Below are positions 55,101-64,000 of a DNA stretch of 64,000 nt, piece after piece. Below the pieces are notes generated by a model. That model did no database searches. It was not told the DNA's origin and was given only the letters and a program-made list of their open reading frames with translations. Position numbers and translations under genes: made by a program. The stretch comes from Azolla caroliniana (taxonomy: Eukaryota; Plantae; Polypodiophyta). The DNA lies in assembly GCA_043228905.1 (NCBI GenBank), contig JBHGNT010000050.1:1-64000 (forward strand), given 5' to 3'. Numbering within the stretch: the first letter of the stretch is position 1; the number at the start of each line of letters is the position of its first letter.

Positions 55101-58100
55101 AGCTAGCCTTGTTAGTTTCGATTCGCATGTTTGAACACAGAACTCCGATATCACACGAGCCAGGTATGACCATTTTAATTTACTCACTCGCTCTTCTCAA
55201 CTCCCTCCTCCAGCATGCTAATTTCCTCATGTCTTTCGACGTCAGTTTCAAAATCTTGATATTTTAATTCTATATCATAGCTAGCCTTGTTAGCTTCGAT
55301 TTGCATGTTTGAACACAGAAATCCGATATCACACGAGCCAGGTATGACCATTTTAATTTACTCACACGCTCTTCTCAACTCCCTCCTCAAATATGCTAAT
55401 TTCTTCATGCCTCTCGACCTGAGTTTCAAAATCTCGATTTTTTAATTCTATATCATAGCTAGCCTTGTTAGTTTCGATTCGCATGTTTGAACACAGAAAT
55501 CCGATATCACACGAGCCAGGTATAACCATTTTAATTTACTCACTCGCTCTTCTCAACTCCCTCCTCCAACATGCTAATTTCCTCATGTCTTTCGACGTCA
55601 GTTTCAAAATCTTGATATTTTAATTCTATATCATAGCTAGCCTTGTTAGCTTCGATTCACATGTTTGAGCACAGAAATTCGATATCACACGAGCCAGGTA
55701 TGACCATTTTAATTTACTCACTGGCTCTTCTCAACTCCCTCCTCAAACATGCTAATTTCCTAATGTCTTTCGACATGAGTTTCAAAATCTTGATTTTTTA
55801 ATTCTATATCATAGCTAGCCTTGTTAGTTTCGATTCGCATGTTTGAACACAGAAATCCGATATCACACGAGCCAGGTATGACCATTTTAATTTACTCACT
55901 GGCTCTTCTCAACTCCCTCCTCCAACATGCTAATTACCTCATGTCTTTCGACGTCAGTTTCAAAATCTTGATATTTTAATTTTATATCATAGCTAGCCTT
56001 GTTAGCTTCGATTCACATGTTTGAGCACAGAAATCCGATATCACACGAGCCAGGTATGACCATTTTAATTTACTCACACGCTCTTCTCAACTCCCTCCTC
56101 AAATATGCTAATTTCTTCATGTCTCTCGACCTGAGTTTCAAAATCTCGATTTTTTAATTCTATATCATAGCTAGCCTAGTTAGCTTCGATTCGCATGTTT
56201 GAACACAGAAATCCGATATCACACGAGCCAGGTATGACCATTTTAATTTACTCACTAGCTCTTCTCAACTCCCTCCTCAAATATGTTAATTTTTTCATGT
56301 CTCTCGAACTGAGTTTCAAAATCTCGATTTTTTAATTCTATATCATAGCTAGCCTTGTTAGCTTCGATTCGCATTTTGAACACAGAAATCCGATATCACA
56401 CGAGCCAGGTGTGACCATTTTAATTTACTCACTCGCTCTTCTCAACTCAATCCTCCAACATGCTAATTTCCTCATGTCTCTCGACGTGAGTTTCAAAATC
56501 TTGATTTTTTAATTCTATATCAAAGCTAGCGTAGTTAGCTTCGATTCGCATGTTTGAACACAAAAATCCGATATCACACGAGCCAGGTATGACCATTTTA
56601 ATTTACTCACTGGCTCTTCTCTACTCCCTCCTCAAATATGCTAATTTCCTCATGTCTCTCGAACTGAGTTTCAAAATCTCGATCTTTTAATTCTATGTCA
56701 TAGCTAGCGTTGTTATCTTCGAGTCGCATGTTTGAACACATAAATCCGATATCACACGAGCCAGCTATGACCATTTTAATTTACACACTGGCACTTCTCA
56801 ACTCCCTCCTCAAATATGCTAATTTCCTCATGTCTCTCGACTTGAGTTTCAAAATCTCGATTTTTTAATTCTATATCATAGCTAGCCTTGTTAGCTTCGA
56901 TTCGCATGTTTGAACACAGAAATCCGATATCACACGAGCCAGGTATGACCATTTTAATTTGCTCACTGGCTCTTCTCTACTCCCTCCTCAAATATGCTAA
57001 TTTTCTCATGTCTCTCAAACTGAGTTTCAAAATCTCGATTATTTAATTCTATGTCATAGCTAGCCTTGTTAGCTTCGATTCGCATGTTTGAACACAGAAA
57101 TCCGATATCACACGAGCCAGGTATGACCATTTTAATTTACTCACTGGCTCTTCTCAACTCCCTCCTCAAATATGCTAATTTGGCCATGTCTTTCGACGTG
57201 AGTTTCAAAATCTTGATTTTTAAATTCTATATGAAAGCTAGCGTTGTTAGCTTCGATTCGCATGTTTGAACACAAAAATCCGATATTAAACGAGCCAGGT
57301 ATGACCATTTTAATTTACTCACTCGCTCTTCTCAACTCCCTCCTCAAATATGCTAATTTCCGCATGTCTCTCGACCTGAGTTTCAAAATCTCGATTTTCT
57401 AATTCTATATCATAGCTAGCGTTGTTAGCTTCGATTCGCATGTTTGAACACAAAAATCCGAAATCACACGAGCCAGGTATGAACATTTTAATTTACTCAC
57501 TCGCTCTTCTCAACTCCCTCCTCCAACATGCTAATTTCCTCATGTCTTTCGACGTCAGTTTCAAAATCTCGATTTTTTAATTCTATATCATAGCTAGCCT
57601 TGTTAGCTTCGATTTGCATGTTTGAACACAGAAATCCGATGTCACACGAGCTAGGTATGACCATTTTAATTTACTCACTGGCTCTTCTCAACTCCCTCCT
57701 CAAATATGCTAATTTCCTCATGTCTCTCGACCTGAGTTTCAAAATCACGATTTTTTAATTCTATATCATAGCTAGCCTTGTTAGTTTCGATTCGCATGTT
57801 TGAACACAGAAATCCGATATCACACGAGCCAGGTATAACCATTTTAATTTACTCACTCGCTCTTCTCAACTCCCTCCTCCAACATGCTAATTTCCTCATG
57901 TCTTTCGACGTCACTTTCAAAATCTTGATATTTTAATTCTATATCATAGCTAGCCTTGTTAGCTTCGATTCACATGTTTGAGCACAGAAATCCGATATCA
58001 CACGAGCCAGGTATGACCATTTTAATTTACTCACTGGCTCTTCTCAACTCCCTCCTCAAATATGCTAATTTCCTCATGTCTCTCGACCTGAGTTTCAAAA

Positions 58101-59039
58101 TCACGATATTTTAATTCTATATCATAGCTAGGCTTGTTAGTTTCGATTCGCATGTTTGAACACAGAAATCCGATATCACACGAGCCAGGTATGACCATTT
58201 TAATTTACTCACTCGCTCTTCTCAACTCCCTCCTCCAACATGCTAATTTCCTCATGTCTTTCGACGTCAGTTTCAAAATCTTGATATTTTAATTCTATAT
58301 CATAGCTAGCCTTGTTAGCTTCGATTCACATGTTTGAGCACAGAAATTCGATATCACACGAGCCAGGTATGACCATTTTAATTTACTCACTGGCTCTTCT
58401 CAACTCCCTCCTCAAACATGCTAATTTCCTAATGTCTTTCGACATGAGTTTCAAAATCTTGATTTTTTAATTCTATATCATAGCTAGCCTTGTTAGTTTC
58501 GATTCGCATGTTTGAACACAGAAATCCGATATTACACGAGCCAGGTATGACCATTTTAATTTACTCACTGGCTCTTCTCAACTCCCTCCTCAAATATGCT
58601 AATTTCCTCATGTCTCTCGACCTGAGTTTCAAAATCACAAATTTTTAATTCTATATCATAGCTAGGCTTGTTAGTTTCGATTCGCATGTTTGAACACAAA
58701 AATCCGATATCACACGAGCCAGGTATGACCATTTTAATTTACTCACTGGCTCTTCTCAACTCCCTCCTCAAATATGCTAATTTCGGCATGTCTCTCGACC
58801 TGAGTTTCAAAATCTTGATTTTTTAATTCTATATCATAGCTAGCCTTGTTAGTTTCGATTCGCATGTTTGAACACAGAAATCCGATATCACACGAGCCAG
58901 GTATGACCATTTTAATTTACTCACTCGCTTTTCTCAACTCCCTCCTCCAACATGCTAATTTCCTCATGTCTTTCGACGTCAGTTTCAAAATCTTGATTTT
59001 TTAATTCTATATCATAGCTAGCGTTGTTAGCTTCGATTC

Positions 59040-59172
59040 GCATGTTTGAACACAGAAATCCGATATCACACGAGCCAGGTATGAACATTTTAATTTACTG
59101 ACTAGCTCTTCTCAACTCCCTCCTCAAATATGCTAATTTCTATATCATAGCTAGGCTTGTTAGTTTCGATTC
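59040..59172. repeat. Truncated monomer, 133 bp (45-bp deletion), copy 1
   Basis: GCTAATTTC|TATATCATAG at 59140/59141 lacks monomer positions 102-146. Confidence 0.95.
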
Positions 59173-60952
59173 GCATGTTTGAACACAAAAATCCGATATC
59201 ACACTAGCCAGGTATGACCATTTTAATTTACTCACTGGCTCTTCTCAACTCCCTCCTCAAATATGCTAATTTCGGCATGTCTCTCGACCTGAGTTTCAAA
59301 ATCTTGATTTTTTAATTCTATATCATAGCTAGCCTTGTTAGTTTCGATTCGCATGTTTGAACACAGAAATCCGATATCACACGAGCCAGGTATGAACATT
59401 TTAATTTACTCACTCGGTCTTCTCAACTCCCTCCTCCAACATGCTAATTTCCTCATGTCTTTCGACGTCAGTTTCAAAATCTCGATTTTTTAATTCTATA
59501 TCATAGCTAGCCTTGTTAGCTTCGATTTGCATGTTTGAACACAGAAATCCGATGTCACACGAGCTAGGTATGACCATTTTAATTTACTCACTGGCTCTTC
59601 TCAACTCCCTCCTCAAATATGCTAATTTCCTCATGTCTCTCGACCTGAGTTTCAAAATCACGATTTTTTAATTCTATATCATAGCTAGCCTTGTTAGTTT
59701 CGATTCGCATGTTTGAACACAGAAATCCGATATCACACGAGCCAGGTATAACCATTTTAATTTACTCACTCGCTCTTCTCAACTCCCTCCTCCAACATGC
59801 TAATTTCCTCATGTCTTTCGACGTCACTTTCAAAATCTTGATATTTTAATTCTATATCATAGCTAGCCTTGTTAGCTTCGATTCACATGTTTGAGCACAG
59901 AAATCCGATATCACACGAGCCAGGTATGACCATTTTAATTTACTCACTGGCTCTTCTCAACTCCCTCCTCAAATATGCTAATTTCCTCATGTCTCTCGAC
60001 CTGAGTTTCAAAATCACGATATTTTAATTCTATATCATAGCTAGGCTTGTTAGTTTCGATTCGCATGTTTGAACACAGAAATCCGATATCACACGAGCCA
60101 GGTATGACCATTTTAATTTACTCACTCGCTCTTCTCAACTCCCTCCTCCAACATGCTAATTTCCTCATGTCTTTCGACGTCAGTTTCAAAATCTCGATTT
60201 TTTAATTCTATATCATAGCTAGCCTTGTTAGCTTCGATTTGCATGTTTGAACACAGAAATCCGATATCACACAAGCCAGGTATGACCATTTTAATTTACT
60301 CACTGGCTCTTCTCAACTCCCTCCTCAAATATGCTAATTTCCTCATGTCTCTCGACCTGAGTTTCAAAATCACGATTTTTTAATTCTATATCATAGCTAG
60401 CCTTGTTAGTTTCGATTCGCATGTTTGAACACAGAAATCCGATATTACACGAGCCAGGTATGACCATTTTAATTTACTCACTGGCTCTTCTCAACTCCCT
60501 CCTCAAATATGCTAATTTCCTCATGTCTCTCGACCTGAGTTTCAAAATCACAAATTTTTAATTCTATATCATAGCTAGGCTTGTTAGTTTCGATTCGCAT
60601 GTTTGAACACAAAAATCCGATATCACACGAGCCAGGTATGACCATTTTAATTTACTCACTGGCTCTTCTCAACTCCCTCCTCAAATATGCTAATTTCGGC
60701 ATGTCTCTCGACCTGAGTTTCAAAATCTTGATTTTTTAATTCTATATCATAGCTAGCCTTGTTAGTTTCGATTCGCATGTTTGAACACAGAAATCCGATA
60801 TCACACGAGCCAGGTATGACCATTTTAATTTACTCACTCGCTTTTCTCAACTCCCTCCTCCAACATGCTAATTTCCTCATGTCTTTCGACGTCAGTTTCA
60901 AAATCTTGATTTTTTAATTCTATATCATAGCTAGCGTTGTTAGCTTCGATTC

Positions 60953-61085
60953 GCATGTTTGAACACAGAAATCCGATATCACACGAGCCAGGTATGAACA
61001 TTTTAATTTACTGACTAGCTCTTCTCAACTCCCTCCTCAAATATGCTAATTTCTATATCATAGCTAGGCTTGTTAGTTTCGATTC
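60953..61085. repeat. Truncated monomer, 133 bp (45-bp deletion), copy 2
   Basis: Same junction as at 59140, 1913 bp downstream. Confidence 0.95.
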
Positions 61086-64000
61086 GCATGTTTGAACACA
61101 AAAATCCGATATCACACTAGCCAGGTATGACCATTTTAATTTACTCACTGGCTCTTCTCAACTCCCTCCTCAAATATGCTAATTTCGGCATGTCTCTCGA
61201 CCTGAGTTTCAAAATCTTGATTTTTTAATTCTATATCATAGCTAGCCTTGTTAGTTTCGATTCGCATGTTTGAACACAGAAATCCGATATCACACGAGCC
61301 AGGTATGAACATTTTAATTTACTCACTCGGTCTTCTCAACTCCCTCCTCCAACATGCTAATTTCCTCATGTCTTTCGACGTCAGTTTCAAAATCTCGATT
61401 TTTTAATTCTATATCATAGCTAGCCTTGTTAGCTTCGATTTGCATGTTTGAACACAGAAATCCGATGTCACACGAGCTAGGTATGACCATTTTAATTTAC
61501 TCACTGGCTCTTCTCAACTCCCTCCTCAAATATGCTAATTTCCTCATGTCTCTCGACCTGAGTTTCAAAATCACGATTTTTTAATTCTATATCATAGCTA
61601 GCCTTGTTAGTTTCGATTCGCATGTTTGAACACAGAAATCCGATATCACACGAGCCAGGTATAACCATTTTAATTTACTCACTCGCTCTTCTCAACTCCC
61701 TCCTCCAACATGCTAATTTCCTCATGTCTTTCGACGTCACTTTCAAAATCTTGATATTTTAATTCTATATCATAGCTAGCCTTGTTAGCTTCGATTCACA
61801 TGTTTGAGCACAGAAATCCGATATCACACGAGCCAGGTATGACCATTTTAATTTACTCACTGGCTCTTCTCAACTCCCTCCTCAAATATGCTAATTTCCT
61901 CATGTCTCTCGACCTGAGTTTCAAAATCACGATATTTTAATTCTATATCATAGCTAGGCTTGTTAGTTTCGATTCGCATGTTTGAACACAGAAATCCGAT
62001 ATCACACGAGCCAGGTATGACCATTTTAATTTACTCACTCGCTCTTCTCAACTCCCTCCTCCAACATGCTAATTTCCTCATGTCTTTCGACGTCAGTTTC
62101 AAAATCTCGATTTTTTAATTCTATATCATAGCTAGCCTTGTTAGCTTCGATTTGCATGTTTGAACACAGAAATCCGATATCACACAAGCCAGGTATGACC
62201 ATTTTAATTTACTCACTGGCTCTTCTCAACTCCCTCCTCAAATATGCTAATTTCCTCATGTCTCTCGACCTGAGTTTCAAAATCACGATTTTTTAATTCT
62301 ATATCATAGCTAGCCTTGTTAGTTTCGATTCGCATGTTTGAACACAGAAATCCGATATTACACGAGCCAGGTATGACCATTTTAATTTACTCACTGGCTC
62401 TTCTCAACTCCCTCCTCAAATATGCTAATTTCCTCATGTCTCTCGACCTGAGTTTCAAAATCACAAATTTTTAATTCTATATCATAGCTAGGCTTGTTAG
62501 TTTCGATTCGCATGTTTGAACACAAAAATCCGATATCACACGAGCCAGGTATGACCATTTTAATTTACTCACTGGCTCTTCTCAACTCCCTCCTCAAATA
62601 TGCTAATTTCGGCATGTCTCTCGACCTGAGTTTCAAAATCTTGATTTTTTAATTCTATATCATAGCTAGCCTTGTTAGTTTCGATTCGCATGTTTGAACA
62701 CAGAAATCCGATATCACACGAGCCAGGTATGACCATTTTAATTTACTCACTCGCTTTTCTCAACTCCCTCCTCCAACATGCTAATTTCCTCATGTCTTTC
62801 GACGTCAGTTTCAAAATCTTGATTTTTTAATTCTATATCATAGCTAGCGTTGTTAGCTTCGATTCGCATGTTTGAACACAGAAATCCGATATCACACGAG
62901 CCAGGTATGAACATTTTAATTTACTGACTAGCTCTTCTCAACTCCCTCCTCAAATATTGAAATTTCTTCATGTCTCTCGACCTGAGTTTTAAAATCTCGA
63001 TTATTTAATTCTATATCATAGCTAGCGTTGTTATCTTCGATTCGCATGTTTGAACACAAAAATCCGATATCAGACGTCCCAGGTATGAACATTTTAATTT
63101 ACTGACTGGCTCTTCTCAACTCCTTCTTGAAATACGCTAATTTCCTCATGTCTCTCGACCTGAGTTTCAAAATCTCCATTTTTTAATTCTATATCATAGC
63201 TAGCGTTGTTAGCTTCGATTCGCATGTTTGAACACAAAAATCCGATATCACACGAGCCAGGTATGAACATTTTAATTTACTCACTAGCTCTTCCCAACTC
63301 CCTCCTCAAATATTGTAATTTCTTCATGTCTCTTGACCTGAGTTTCAAAATCTCGATTATTTAATTCTATATCATAACTAGCATTGTTATCTTCGATTCG
63401 CATGTTTGAACACAAAAATCCGATATCACACGTGCCAGGTCTGAACATTTTAATTTACTGACTGGCTCTTCTCAACTCCTTCTTGAAATATGCTAATTTC
63501 CTCATGTCTCTCGACCTGAGTTTCAAAATCTCGATTTTTTAATTCTATATGATAGCTAGCGTTGTTAGCTTCGATTCGCATGTTTGAACACAAAAATCCG
63601 ATATCACACGAGCCAGGTATGAACATTTTAATTTACTCACTAGCTCTTCTCAACTCCCTCCTCAAATATTCTAATTTCCTCATGTCTTTCGACGTGAGTT
63701 TCAAAATCTTGATTTTTAAATTCTATATCAAAGCTAGCGTTGTTAGCTTCGATTCGCATGTTTGAACAGAGAAATCCGATATCACACGTGCCAGGTTTGA
63801 CCAGTTTAATTTACTCACTCGCTCTTCTCAACTCCCTCCTCAAATATGCTAATTTCCTCATGTCTCTCGACCTGAGTTTCAAAATCTCGATTTTTTAATT
63901 CTATGTCATAGCTAGCCTTGTTAGCTTCGATTCGCATGTTTGGCCACAGAAATCCGATATCACACGAGCCAGGTATGAACATTTTAATTTACTCACTCGC

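Larger units (their letters stand above)
57480..62955. repeat. 11-monomer HOR (1913 bp, includes a 133-bp truncated monomer), about 2.9 copies
   Basis: GATATTACACG monomers start at 58506, 60419 and 62332. TACTGACTAG monomers start at 59040, 60953 and 62866. GATGTCACACGAGCTAGG monomers start at 57616, 59529 and 61442. 1913 = 11x178-45. Confidence 0.9.
1..64000. repeat. 178-bp tandem satellite array (360 full monomers + 67 bp), probably centromeric or pericentromeric, eukaryotic
   Basis: GCATGTTTGAACACAGAAATCCGATATC recurs at 1, 179, 357 ... 1425 ... 63934. (63934-1+147 deleted bp)/178 = 360 exactly. The orientation is the same throughout and there is no non-satellite sequence. The centromeric role is inferred from monomer size and HOR organisation only. 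Confidence 0.99.

Noticed and set aside
57066-57269. 67-aa ORF
   Set aside because: Same satellite frame, opened by a TAA>AAA change in a diverged monomer. Similarity to the other ORFs only reflects the repeat.
63562-63765. 67-aa ORF
   Set aside because: Same explanation: 3 of 360 monomers lack the stop by point mutation.
1-64000. CRISPR array or other repeat-spacer system
   Set aside because: There are no unique spacers; the full 178 bp is repeated, and no cas or other genes are present.
1-64000. Transposon insertion or strand inversion
   Set aside because: None seen. The monomer count closes exactly using only the listed deletions, leaving no room for inserted sequence.

Overview
The whole 64 kb window is one uninterrupted head-to-tail tandem satellite array on a single strand orientation. 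It holds 360 complete monomers of 178 bp plus 67 bp of a partial one. The count closes exactly: the last monomer starts at 63934, and the 21 deletions I found total 147 bp. I see no genes, RNA genes, transposon insertions, inversions or CRISPR array, and the three 67-aa ORFs are chance read-throughs of the repeat. Monomer size, homogeneity and higher-order repeats (HORs) fit a eukaryotic (peri)centromeric satellite. I do not recognise the family; it is not Arabidopsis CEN178 or primate alpha satellite. The interest lies in the internal structure: a succession of HORs (12-, 17-, 16-, 8-, 19-, 6-, 8- and 11-mers) built from shared monomer modules, two recombining monomer subfamilies, microhomology-bordered deletions, single-monomer replacement events, a more diverged layer after about 54.4 kb, CG and CHG transition variants suggesting plant-type methylation, and a possible ancient 2 x 89 bp substructure. 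I found no evidence for a novel protein-coding system.
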